From Isurus oxyrinchus (Eukaryota), in contig JANJGN010000071.1 of the NCBI GenBank assembly GCA_026770705.1, positions 868,001 to 932,000 of the forward strand: a DNA stretch of 64,000 nucleotides. The letters run 5' to 3'. Shown here piece after piece: positions 11,476 through 22,769 of the stretch (within the stretch, counting starts at the first letter, position 1; every line of letters starts with the position of its first letter). The position numbers and the translations under genes were made by a program. The notes below the pieces were generated by a model. That model was not told the DNA's origin, ran no database searches, and worked only from the letters and a program-made list of their open reading frames with translations.

Positions 11476-12559
11476 GAGACAGTCAGAGAGAGAGCCTCCA
11501 GGAGATAGAGAGCGATAGAGAGATTGAGAGACAGACAGAGACTGAGAGAGGGAGAAGAGAGAAGGAGAGTGAGAGAGAGAGAGAACAAGTGTGAAAGATG
11601 GTGGAAGGGAAGAGTGGGGAGGTGTTGGCCTGATGGTATTTCCACTGGACCAGTAATCCAGAGACCCAGTGTAATGCTCCTGGGACCCTGGTTAGAATCC
11701 CACCACAGCAGTTGGTGGAATTTGAACTCAATAAAAACCTGGAATTAAAAGTCCGATGATGACCAGGAAACCATTGCCGATTCTTGTATTTGGGTCACAA
11801 ATGCCCTTTAGGGAGGGAAATCTGCTGTCCTTACCTGGTCTGGCCTACATGTGACTCCAGACCCACAGCAATGTGGTTCACTTTTAAAAAGTGGCCTCTG
11901 AACAAGGGCAATTAGGGTTGGGCAATAAATGCTGGCCTAGGCAGTGATGTCCACATCACATGAAAGAATGAAATAAAAGGACAGAGAGGGACAGACAGAG
12001 TCGAGAGACACCCAGAATGAAAAAAACACAGTAAACACTGGAAAATAAACATTCTGGTCTGATCTGGTCTTGTATACCTTCAAATGGAACACCAGTAAAA
12101 CAGGGAAATAAGAGTACTGGGCCAAACTGTTAGAGAGGGGCACATTTAGAGAGAGAGAGAGAGAGAAAGAGGGAGACACTGAAAGAGATAAGGACAAGGA
12201 AAGAAAGAGTGAGAGAGAGAGACAGACAGAGACACACAAAGAAGTAGAAAGAAAGTGATAGAGATGAAGCAGGAGAGAATGAGGAGAAAGATAGATAGAT
12301 AGAGAGAGAGGATGGTAGAGAAAGAGAACGAGAGGAAAAAAGACAAAGGCAGAATGTGATGGAACACTGAATCCTTGTCTATGCGTTTTGAAATCCAGCC
12401 CAGAACTATCATTGGAAGATTCAGCGAGTGTCCAGTACAGGGGACCCAGCCCAACCTTCTCATCCTGACCTTCCCAGTGGGGCTGAAGAGGGCAGAGAGG
12501 AAACCTTCCTCTGTTATTCTGTTGTCGAATAAACACAACAATTCTGGAACTCTGCCCTT

Positions 12560-13155
12560 TCTATCTCACGGATTAGAATATAAGGGGGCAGAGGTCATGC
12601 TTCAGTCTACATAAAGCCCTGGCTAGACCACACCTGGAGTCACTGTGAGACATTCTGGGCCCCACACCTTAGGAAGGATATATTGACCTCGGAGGGAGAG
12701 CAGTGTCAGTTTACCAGAATGAGACCGGGACTCCAAGGGTTAAATCACAAGGAGAGATTAAACACAAACTCGGCTTGTATTCCCTGGAAGTTAGAATGTT
12801 AAGCAGGAGATTTGATGAAAGTTCGCATGATATTAAGGGGAACAGATCGGGGGCGATAAAGAGAAACCATTTCCCCTGGTTGGGGGGAGTCTGGGACTCG
12901 GGGTCAGAGCCTAAAAAGGAATTAAATTAGGAAGTACAAAGGGTGGGAGAAATTTGGAACTCTCTTCCCCAAACAGGAACTGATGCACGATCAAGTTGTT
13001 CATTTTAAACCTGTGAGACTGATAGATTTTTGTTATCCAAAGGTATTAAAGGAGATGGGACAAAGGAATATGGGGCTAGTTTGCAGATCAGCCATGAACT
13101 CTTTGAATGGTGGAGCAGGCTCGAGGGGCCAAATGGCCTCCTCCTACCCTCATGT
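12560..13155 (+). mobile_element. CR1-like LINE 3' end
   Basis: GLEYKGAEVMLQ, ctagaccacacctggag, LGLYSLE-type motifs and tail ggagcaggctcgaggggccaaatggcct. Confidence 0.75.
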
Positions 13156-13544
13156 AATAGAAACTTACCTGTCAGAAGCCAGTTTATGTTGATGTGAGTC
13201 TGAGTCGATGACTGAACCCAGTTGGTGACTTGTTCCATACAAAGCAAGAACGTTCATGCCCTTCAATGTTCCTGGATAAACCATTAACAAAGCTGGTGAC
13301 AGACAGTCTCCACATGGTAAACACTGACCGATCAACACATGACATGGCTGTTAACCCCTAAACCTCAGCGTAAATCAGTTCCCCCTCGAGGCCCCTTGTC
13401 CGAAATAAAAGCAACGCACACAATTTGTAAAATAGTAAGTGTCTGGCAGGAAGGAGGAGCAATGAGAGGAGTAAGGGGTTAGGGGGCATGCGCTTCACCT
13501 GATTTGCCGACATAAGAACCAGCCTCTATGTTTTTGCTATGTTG

Positions 13545-13760
13545 TGTTGCATCAATATGAACACATATTTGCACAAGGTGAAGGGCGTTGCGGAGGGACT
13601 GATAGTTCTCGGCGCCAGACAGTCAATGTCCCAGTGACCTTACTGCTGGTCCCAGGCCAGTGGGACAGGGAACATCGACACTGCAATATCCAGAAATGGG
13701 TGTGATACCACACAGCTACCCACCCGCGGCTGTCCCCTTCAAGTGTTTCAGGTATAAGAG
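13545..13760 (+). promoter_or_regulatory. Putative promoter of the prepropeptide pseudogene
   Basis: C/EBP-like TTGCATCAA (~13547) and TTTGCACAA (13568-13576), GGCGCC+AGAC (13611-13620, Smad/BMP-RE-like), TATAAG (13753-13758) about 75 bp before the ATG. Confidence 0.4.
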
Positions 13761-14109
13761 CAGGAAGCTCCTCTAGTTACAAACCAAAGCATCAAAGCAG
13801 AGCCAGAAGATCAGAAGAGACAGGCAGAGATGGGAAGCTCCCAGATGAAATGGCGACTTGTCTTGTTCACTCTGACTTTGCTGCTCTCCCTGCAGCTGAG
13901 TCACTTCTTCTCCTTGTCGAGGTTAAGCTAAGAGATGTCCCTCTGGGTGAGGTGTTTCTTGCACATGACTCTACGTCTACCACCCAGATAGACTGGTCTC
14001 TTCCGCAGTTTGATAAAATTATGCTCGTGCCTTTAATATTGTCGCCCTCTATGAATTTAACATCATTTCCTTCTGTCATTTCCCCTGAAATTCTCATTCT
14101 TGTTTTCAA

Positions 14110-15530
14110 TCCCTCCTCAGCGACTCCCTATCTCTGTAACCTCCTCCAGCCCGTACAACCCTCCCTATCTCTGTAAACTCCTCCAGCCCCTACAACCCTC
14201 CCTATCTCTGTAACCTCCACCAGGCCTTACAACCCTCCCTATCTCTGTAACCTCCTCTAGCCCCTACACCCCTCCCTATCTCTGTAACCTCCTCCAGCCC
14301 CTACAACCCTCCCTATCTCTGTAACTTCCTCCAGCCCCTACAACCCTCCCTATCTCTGTAACTTCCTCCAGCCCCTACAACCCTCCCTATCTCTGTAACC
14401 TCCTCCAGCCCGTACAACCTCCCTATCTCTATAACCTCCTCCAGCCCCTACAACCCTCCCTATCTCTGTAACCTCCTCCAGCCCCTACAACCCTCCCTAT
14501 CTCTGTAACCTCCTCCAACCCCTACAACCCTCCCTATCTCTGTAACATCCTACAGTCTCTACAACCCACCCTATCTCTGTAACCTCCTCCCGTCCCTATA
14601 ACCCTCCCTATCTCTGTAACCTCCTCCAGACCCGACAACCCTCCCTATCTATGTAACCTCCTACAGTCCCCACAACACTCCCTATCTCTGTAACCTCCCC
14701 CAGGCCCCACAACCCTCACGATCACTGTAACCTCCTCCAGACCCTACAACCCTCCCTATCTCTGTAACCTGCTCCAGACCCTACAACCCTCCCTATCTCT
14801 GTAACCTGCTCCAGACCCTACAACCCTCCCTATCTCTGTAACCTGCTCCAGACCCTACAACCCTCCCTATCTCTGTAAAATCCTCCAGGCCCCACAACCC
14901 TCACAATCACTGTAACCTCCTCCAGCCCCTACAATCCTCCTGAACTCTATAACCTCCTCTCCAAACTATAACTCTCCCTATCTCTGTAACCTACTGTGGC
15001 CCCTACAGCAGTGTCTATTTTGGTAACCTCCTCCAGCCTCTACAACCCTCCCTACATCTGTAACCTCCTCCAGCCCCCACAACCCCCCCATCTCTTTAAT
15101 CTCCTACAGCCCCTACTCACCTCCCTATCTCTGTAACCTCCTCCAGCCCCCACAACCCCCCCATCTCTTTAACCTCCTACAGCCCCTACACACCTCCCTA
15201 CCTCTGTAACCTCCTCCAGCCCCCACAACTCCCCCATCTCTGTAACCTCCTACAGCCTCTACAACCCTCCCTATCTCTGTAACTTCCTACAGCCCTTACA
15301 ACCCTCCCTATCTCTGTAACCTCCTACAGCCTCTACAGCCCTCCCTATTTCTGTAACCTCCTCCAGCCCCTGCAACCCTCCCTATCTCTGTAACCTCCTA
15401 CAGCCTCTACAACCCTCCCTATCTCTGTAACTTCCTACAGCCCTTACAACCCTCCCTTTCTCTGTAACCTCCTACAGCCTCTACAGCCCTCCCTATCTCT
15501 GTAACCTCCTCCAGCCCCCACAACCCTACC
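14110..15530. repeat. 37-bp minisatellite (cctcctccagcccctacaaccctccctatctctgtaa), about 38 units, L2-derived
   Basis: 37-bp period measured between tgtaa anchors; the same unit is expanded inside the L2 copy at ~58800-59100. Confidence 0.95.
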
Positions 15531-15534
15531 TAAA

Positions 15535-16150
15535 TCACTGGTCTGAGTCTCACTCCAGGGAATTCAGTCCCATAATGTAGATCAACGCTCCGTGCTGAGG
15601 GAGTGCTGCACTCTCAGAGGGTCAGTAGTGTGGAAGTGTTGCACTATTGGAGGTACAGTACTGAGGGAGTGCTATACTGTCGGAGGTCAGTACTGAGGGA
15701 GTGCTGCTGTGTCGAAGGGTTAGTACTGAAATAGAGCTGCACTGACGGAGGGACAGTACTGAGGGAGCGCAGCACTATCGAAGGGTTAGTACTGAGGGAG
15801 TGCTGCAGTGTCAAAGGGTTAGTACTGAGGGAGCACAACAATGTTGAATGAGACATTAAACCGAGTCCCCCGTCTGCCCTCTCGGGCGGGTGTGAAAGAT
15901 CCCACAGCCACTATTTGGAGGAAGAGCAGGGGGTGTTCTCCCCGGTGTCCTGGGACCAATATTTATCCCTCACCCAACATCACCAAAAACAGATGATCTA
16001 GGCCATGATCACATTGCTATTTGTGGGATCTTGCTGTGCACAAATCAGCTGCCACATTTCCTACAGTGTGAGTGCACTTCAAAAACATCCTTCAGTGGCT
16101 GTGAAATGCTTTGGGATGTGGTGAAAGGCGTTAGAGAAATGCAAGTCTGT
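15535..16150 (+). mobile_element. Deu-domain SINE with an internally amplified 33-mer
   Basis: 5' part carries the 33-bp units, followed by the Deu central domain and the tail gtgaaaggcgttagagaaatgcaagtct. Confidence 0.75.
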
Positions 16151-18411
16151 CTTCCTCCCTCTCTCTCTCCTGTACCTCTCTCTCTCTCTCTCCCTCTCCC
16201 TCAATCCTCCTCTCACTTTCTCCCTGATAAATTCTTTCTTTTTGCAGGTTGACACTGCTTTAGGTTCTTCGACGATTGAGAAATCTGTGGATTCCCCGGA
16301 CACGGTAGGTGGAAATTCATTCCTTATTTTAAGGTTCCTCCCTGCTCGTTTCTTCCACAGAAAGTTTTCTGATTTCAAGCTGATTTCAGTGGCAGTCTGT
16401 CTCGGTTATACTCAGGAGGCATGTTTGAAATCGAGCCCCCCGCCCCCCCCCCGCCCAACTTTTTTTGCAAAGCTGGGAAGAGGCAATTCCAAGGAAGTGA
16501 ACATATCCCCACAGGAATTTTAAATGTAACCCACGCCGGGAATAGTGAGAGGGAGACTGATCCAGCCTGGGAGTGGGTTAAAGAGAGGCTGGGAGTCGAG
16601 AGTCGGAGAGAGGGATGGAATGGGGGAGGGAGGGATTGGAAGAGAGAGACAGAGAGTGGGACGGGGAGGGGTGAAAGGGAAAGAACATAGGTGGGAGAGA
16701 GTGACAGAGGGAGAAATTAAAGAGATGCAGAGTGAGGGAAAGTGAAAAGAGAAGAGAGATTGTCCAAGAGAGAGAAATTAACAGGAAAGGGAGAGTTACA
16801 GAGTCAGCGAAAGGTACAAAAATAGTGTGAGAGAGAGGGAGAGATACAGAGTGGGAGAAGGAGACAGGGGAGAGAGAGGGAGAGAGACAGGAAAAGGGAG
16901 AGAGGAGAGAAAGATTGGGAGAGAGGGCAATTGAGAGGAAGAGTAGGAGAGAGAGAGACAGGGAGAGGAGGAGTGGATGAGAGGAAGAGAGAGAGAGATA
17001 TGGAGCAGGAGAACACCTCCTCCGGTCCCGATGTTCCTCCAAAATCTCTGACATTACTGCATCTCCCGGGTCCCCCTGATTCCCAACGCTCCACCATTGG
17101 TGGCCGTGCCTTCAGCTGCCTGGGGCCCTGAGCTCCGGAATACCCTCCCTTAACCTCTCTGCCTCTCTCTCTCTCTCTCCTTTAAGACGCTCCTTAAAAA
17201 CTGACATCTTTGACCAAGCTTTTGGTCACCTATCCCTAATATCTCCATATGTGACTCAGTGTTAGACTTCTCTCTGATTTACGCTCCGGTAATGTGGGCT
17301 GGGACATTTTGCAATATCAGAGGCGCTGTGTAAATGCAAGTTGTGAGTGTTATGTGGAAGGGAGACCCCAGGCGGCAGTCAGTGCCAGAGACTGGAGTCA
17401 TTGTGTGCAGACCGTATCTAATCTCTCCGAATGCACAATCGGTTTGACTGTCAGCCAAAGCACTTTTGATATTTGATCCTTCTAACTGTTTATAACCAGG
17501 CCTACATCAAACACCGAGAGGCTGGTTAATCAACAGACACCTTAGAGGATCAAGTGAAAGACAAAGAGGACTTGCATTTCTCTAGCGCCTTCCAACACAT
17601 CAGGACGTCCCAAAGTGTTTCGCAGACAATCAAGTGCTTTTTTTCTTTCATGTGAGGTCACTGATGTACTGTGGGAAAAGAATCAGCCATTGGCGCACAG
17701 TAAGATCCCACAGACAGCAGCATGATAATGACCAGCGCGCTCCCAGTACTTGCACTGCAAGTGTCAGTTCAGGATGTGTGCTCGATTCTCTGCAACTCTC
17801 AGCTCTGAGTTAAAAGGACCACCAGGCATAATTGAGAAATTACCGAGCTGTCGGAGGGTCAGTACCGGCGGGGGGGCAGGACAGTCGGAGGGTCAGTACT
17901 GAGGGGGTGCTGCATTGTCAGACGGTCAGTCTTGGAGTGCTGCACTGTCAGAGGGTCAGTACCGGCGGGGGACTGCACAGTCGGAGGGTCAGTACTGAGG
18001 GGGTGCTGCATTGTCAGACGGTCAGTACTGAGGGAGTGCTGCACTGTCAGAGGGTCAGGGCTAAGGGAGTGCTGCACTGATGGAGGGTCAGTACTGAGTG
18101 AGTGCTGCACTGTCAGAGGGTCAGTGCTAAGGGAGTGCTGCACTGTTGGAGGGTCAGTGCTAAGGAAGTGCTGCACTGTACAGAGGGAGTGTGAGACTGA
18201 CAGAGGGTCACTATTGAGGATGTGCTGCACAGTCGGGGGGGTCAGTACTGAGGGAGCACTGCACTGCCATAGGTGGTTTCTTTCAGATGACATGAGAGAG
18301 AGGGTTAAACCCACTGAGACAAGACTGACACTAATGAGGCTGCTCAATAATTTAACCCTATCAGTGCCAGTAAATAATGTGAGGATGTCTTCTGTTTCCA
18401 TTTCTCTGTAG

Positions 18412-18660
18412 GGTAAACAGAACGTGCTGATTACTGAGCCCCGGAACACAACCAGAGACACAACTAGTGAGGGGGAGACCCCAGCTCCCCGGGGTCTCTC
18501 TGAAGGTGCATTGGGAGGCGATGCTGGACATTGGCACATCGACAATCCCAACGGCCTTCTCTATGCCAATCCCCAAGTATTGAGGATGTCCAGTGATGAT
18601 GGGTCTGTCCACAGGGAAGAGGAGACGGAATACGCACAGATCAGGTTCGAGCATAACTGA
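18412..18660 (+). CDS. Orphan Siglec terminal cytoplasmic exon copy 1 (LLYANP + TEYAQI)
   Basis: Acceptor tgtAG 18410-18411, open 249 nt to TGA, paralogous to 43513-43761. No TM exon found upstream in the window, so it may be a pseudo-exon. Confidence 0.75.
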   Translation, partial: GKQNVLITEPRNTTRDTTSEGETPAPRGLSEGALGGDAGHWHIDNPNGLLYANPQVLRMSSDDGSVHREEETEYAQIRFEHN

Positions 18661-18856
18661 ATGAGAAATGGGGAGTGGGAGTGAGGAGGTGTGAGGGTGG
18701 GGGTAGTGATTGAGATTCCTGGGAACAGGAAACAACCCACTGGGGGAGAGGGGGAGAGAGGGAGGAAGGGATGCGATTGGGCTGCGGTTGCTGTGGTTTG
18801 GAATGAAATGCTTCTCCAGAGAGGACTGGATGCTGAGCCACTGGGATAGAGATTCA

Positions 18857-18899
<43 letters not shown>

Positions 18900-19239
18900 T
18901 CTTTGTCTTTCTTTCTGTGTCTGTCACTCATTCTCTATCTCCAGCTCCTCCTTTAAGATGCCCGTTAATAACTGACTTTGTTGACTCAGCTGTTGGTCTC
19001 CTGTCCCTTATATCTCCTCATGTGCCTCAGAGTCAGGTGAAGATGTGACTAACAATTCCCGGATGAGCCTTGGGACATTTTGCTACATTAAAGGTCCTAT
19101 ATAAATGCAAGTAGTTGCAGTAAGTCTGATCTGCTTCGATTAACAATGGAACCACAAAGGCTCCTTCGACAGGGCGTGTGTGCAGGAGGATCCCAATAAA
19201 TACATTGAGCTGTGAGATTTTTAATTCTTACATCGAATG

Positions 19240-19690
19240 TGGCTGTCACTGGTGATGCCAGCATTAATGCCCATCCCTAATTGCCCTTGAGAAGGTGGTG
19301 GTGATCAGCCTTCTTGACCCGCTGCAGTCCATGTGGTGTAGGTACACCCACAGTGCTGTTAGGGAGGGAGTTCCAGGATTTTGACCCAGTGACAGTGAAG
19401 GAACGATGATATATTTCCAAGTCAGGATGGTGAGTGGCTTGGAGGGGAACTTCCAGGTGGTGGTGTTCCCATGTGTCTGCTGCCCTTGTCCTTCTAGATG
19501 GTAGAGCTCGTGGGTTTGGAAGGTGCTGTTGAAGGAGCCTTGCTGAGTTGCTGCAGTGCATCTTGTAGATGGTACACACACTGCTTCCACTGTGTGTTCG
19601 TTGTGGAGGGAGTGAATGTTTAATGTGGTGGATGGGGTGTAGATCAATCGGGCTGCTTTGTCCTGGATGGTGTCAAGCTTCTTGATTCTG
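19240..19690 (-). mobile_element. CR1-type LINE 3' end
   Basis: Reverse complement of the LINE 3' region at ~45590-45990 (CTIYKMHCSNS.RLL.QHLPNPR). Confidence 0.8.
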
Positions 19691-19818
19691 TGCTTTGTAT
19701 AGAACTGATTTAAAGAGACAGTCCCAGTCGTTGGTCTAAGATTACAGTGGGCTCTGTGTCTGTGCTACACTGACTCTCTGCTATATGATAACCACAGTGT
19801 GATATTTTGTTATTACAG

Positions 19819-19900
19819 GAGAAAGACAGCGATGGAGGAGAGAGTTTCAGGGACCAGTGACATTGTATTGACCCCCAGTCCACTCTCTGTGAAACACCAG
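19819..19900 (+). CDS. Orphan first cytoplasmic exon (RKTAMEERVSGTSDIVLTPSPLSVKHQ)
   Basis: AG/GT bounded, 82 nt, paralogue of 42357-42438; splices in frame to 21349. Confidence 0.75.
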
Positions 19901-20035
19901 GTACAGGAGCTGTTTACACTCACTCCAAAGCTTCTATCTCAGTGTGTAGACAACACATGTCCCAGATTCCCAGCCCAGTTACCCACTGATTTGTACCTGT
20001 GGAGTCAGCAATGGTTCAGTATCATGCTGTCTCTC

Positions 20036-20792
20036 TGTTATGACACAGCAACTGGTAAAGGCTGTTGTTTAAAATCCCAGAGGGAAACTTTAAACAACTG
20101 TCATAACCTATATTTCCCAGTGGAATGTTTGAGATGCAGCTCTAAATTCAGGAATAAGACCATCAGTTCTTGAGATGGGTTTATATCAAACTACATGAGA
20201 CATTTATTAATTTTCACAAGTTAATCATATGCACATGGCTACAAACTAGTATTATCATAACTATTTAACAAATTCCCAAACTAACGTCCTCTAAGACAAC
20301 CCATAGACTTTAAGCAGATTCCAAGCGAAGCATTTTCACCTCAGAAATTCCAAATGAGGTTCCTTTCACTTTGGTTCCTTTGCAGACAGGTGTAGGCTTA
20401 CAGCTGCTTTGATGTTACAAGCCTCTGCTCTGCACACACAAAACTGCTCAAGTTATACCCAGTGCTTCTCTTTGAATGTAAATTCTCATTGTATCATCAG
20501 GACCTTTGATCTCCATCTCTTCTAACTATAAATCCCGTTTCATAGTATCAATTTTATTAGTAATATAAACATTGATTGGTTTAAGAATTCACTCCCAGGC
20601 TTTGAATCCTCCTTTTAAAAATGCAATATGCCTCTTTACCTCTTTGTTTACATCTCAAAACTACTATACATAAAAGTACCCAGACCGGTTGTCTTTAATC
20701 CAATTAAAACACACACACACACACCCACAGACTAAACCTCTGTTTAAAAAGACAATTTCCAATTACAATACATACATTAATAGATTCATAAC
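20036..20792. mobile_element. Solo-LTR-like element (family also at 24407-25232, 44055-44948, ~49196-50532)
   Basis: Starts tgttatgacacagc...ggtaaaggctg...aaatcccagagggaaact, shared with the other copies; absent at the paralogous position after 42438. Confidence 0.6.
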
Positions 20793-21348
20793 GCTCAGTC
20801 TCTGACCCTTCATCTCTCTCTCTCTCTCTCATCCTCTCTCTGATTACAAGATTCATGTTATTGAGCCTCACACCAGGCACCTGAGTGCAGAATCCAAGCC
20901 GACACTCGCCAGAGCCATTACCGAGGGAGTGCAAGACTGACAGAGGGTCAGTACTGAGGGAGTGCTGCACTGTCAGAGGGTCAGTACTGAGGGAGTGCTG
21001 CACTGTCAGAGGGTCAGTACTGAGGAAGACCTGTACTGTCGGAGGGTCAGTACTGAGGGAGTGCTGCACTGCTGGAGGGTCAGTACTGAGGGAGCGCTGC
21101 ACTGTCGGAGGGTCAGTACTGAGGGAGTGCTGCACTGTTGGATGGTCAGCATTGAGGAAGTGCTGCACTATCGAAGGGTCAGTACTGAGGGAGCACTGCA
21201 CTGCCATAGGTGTTTTCTTTCATAAGACATGTGAGAGAGGGTTAAACCCATTGACCCACGACTGACACTAACGAGGCTGCAGAATATTTTAACCCTATCA
21301 GTGCCAGTAAATGATGTGAGGATGCCTTCTGTTTCCATTTCTCTGTAG

Positions 21349-21597
21349 GGTAAACAGAACGTGCTGATTACTGAGCCCCGGAACACAACCAGAGACACAA
21401 CTAGCGAGGGGGAGACCCCAGCTCCCCGGGGTGTCTCTGAATGTGCAGTGGGAGGCGATGCTGGACATGGGAACCCTGACAATCCCGACGAGCTTCTCTA
21501 CGCCAATCCCCAAGTCTTCAGGGTGCCCAGTGGTGATGGGTCTGTCCACAGGGAAGAGCAGACGGAATACGCACAGATCAGATTCAAGAGAAACTGA
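21349..21597 (+). CDS. Orphan Siglec terminal cytoplasmic exon copy 2 (LLYANP + TEYAQI)
   Basis: Acceptor AG 21347-21348, open 249 nt to TGA; AATAAA at ~22205. Confidence 0.75.
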   Translation, partial: GKQNVLITEPRNTTRDTTSEGETPAPRGVSECAVGGDAGHGNPDNPDELLYANPQVFRVPSGDGSVHREEQTEYAQIRFKRN

Positions 21598-22769
21598 GCG
21601 TGAAAAAGGCAGAGGTGGTCAGGAGGTTTGTGGATGGTGGCAGGGATGAAGATTCTTGGGAACATGAGACAACCCACTGGGGGAGAGGGGGAGAGAGGGA
21701 GGAAGGGACTGAATGGGTCTGTGGTTGGTGTGGTTTGGAATGAAATGTTTCCCCAGTGACGACTTGATGCTGAGTCATTGGGGACAGAGATTCAGTNNNN
21801 NNNNNNNNNNNNNNNNNNNNNNNNNNNNNNNNNNNNNNNNNNNNNNNNNNNNNNNNNNNNNNNNNNNNNNNNNNNNNNNNNNNNNNNNNNNNNNNNNNNN
21901 NNNNNNNNNNNNNNNNNNNNNNNNNNNNNNNNNNNNNNNNNNNNNNNNNNNNNNNNNNNNNNNNNNNNNNNNNNNNATTAACTGGCTTTGTGAAATCAGC
22001 TTTTTGTCACCTGTCCCTAATACCTCATTATGTGTCTCTGAGATGGATTTATATGTAGGTAACAATCCCCTGAAGAGATTGGGGACAGTTTGTTACATTA
22101 AGTGTGCCATATAAATGCAAGTTGTTGCAGGAAAGTTGATTTGCCTCGATTCAGAATGGTAATTCGGAGGGTCCATCGACAGGGCGTGTGTGCAACAGCC
22201 TCGCAATAAATGCATTGCACGGCAACAACTAAGCATGTCCTTTGATGCTGATGCATCCCAGTACTGCTGTGTGGACACATCACAACCGAGGGACTGCCTG
22301 ACTGCGTGCAGCCAACATGGCCGAATAGTAATTAGCAGAAATGTGATGTCACTGAACTTTGTTGACATTTCAGAATGTGCTTTCTGAATTCTGCAACTTG
22401 TTTATTCTGTGATAGATTACAAGAAGCCTTTGCATTTTCTATAATATTACATTTATTGTCACAAGGGATTGAAATGCCCAGACACCACCACCTGGAAGTT
22501 CACCTCCAAGACACACATCATCCTGATTTTGAAATATATCGCCATTCCTTCACTGCCACTTGGTCAAAATCTTGGACTTCCTTCTCTAACTGCATTGTGG
22601 GTGTACCTACACCACATGGAGTGCAGAGGTTCAGGAAGGCAGCTCACCACCACCTTCTCAAGGTAATTAGGGATGGGCCATAAATGCTGGCCTAGCCAGT
22701 GATGCCCACTTCCCATGGAAGAATGAATATATAAAATATAAAGTTGGAACAAATGAATGAAGTTATAGC

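Larger units (their letters stand above)
13830..16500 (+). pseudogene. Degenerate three-exon secreted prepropeptide gene, hepcidin-like layout (exons 13830-13895, 16248-16304, 16390-~16500)
   Basis: Conceptual product MGSSQMKWRLVLFTLTLLLSLQ|VDTALGSSTIEKSVDSPDT|WQSVSVILRRHV*. First donor is dead (CAG/CTGAGT); TGA at 16426-16428 sits where an RxxR Arg (CGA) would be; no Cys-rich mature peptide survives. Confidence 0.45.

Noticed and set aside
12078-12127. Possible short minus-strand exon (LAQYSYFPVLLVFHLK) with AG/GT ends
   Set aside because: No partner exons or recognisable product; the acceptor is supplied by a microsatellite.
13830-13931. Hydrophobic segment as the missing TM exon for the orphan tails
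   Set aside because: No good acceptor in the right phase, and polar residues (QLSH) interrupt it; ATG, TATA and the dead donor fit a signal-peptide first exon better.
14110-15530. Regular ~37-bp array superficially like a CRISPR array
   Set aside because: Head-to-tail repeats with no unique spacers, no cas genes, vertebrate context.
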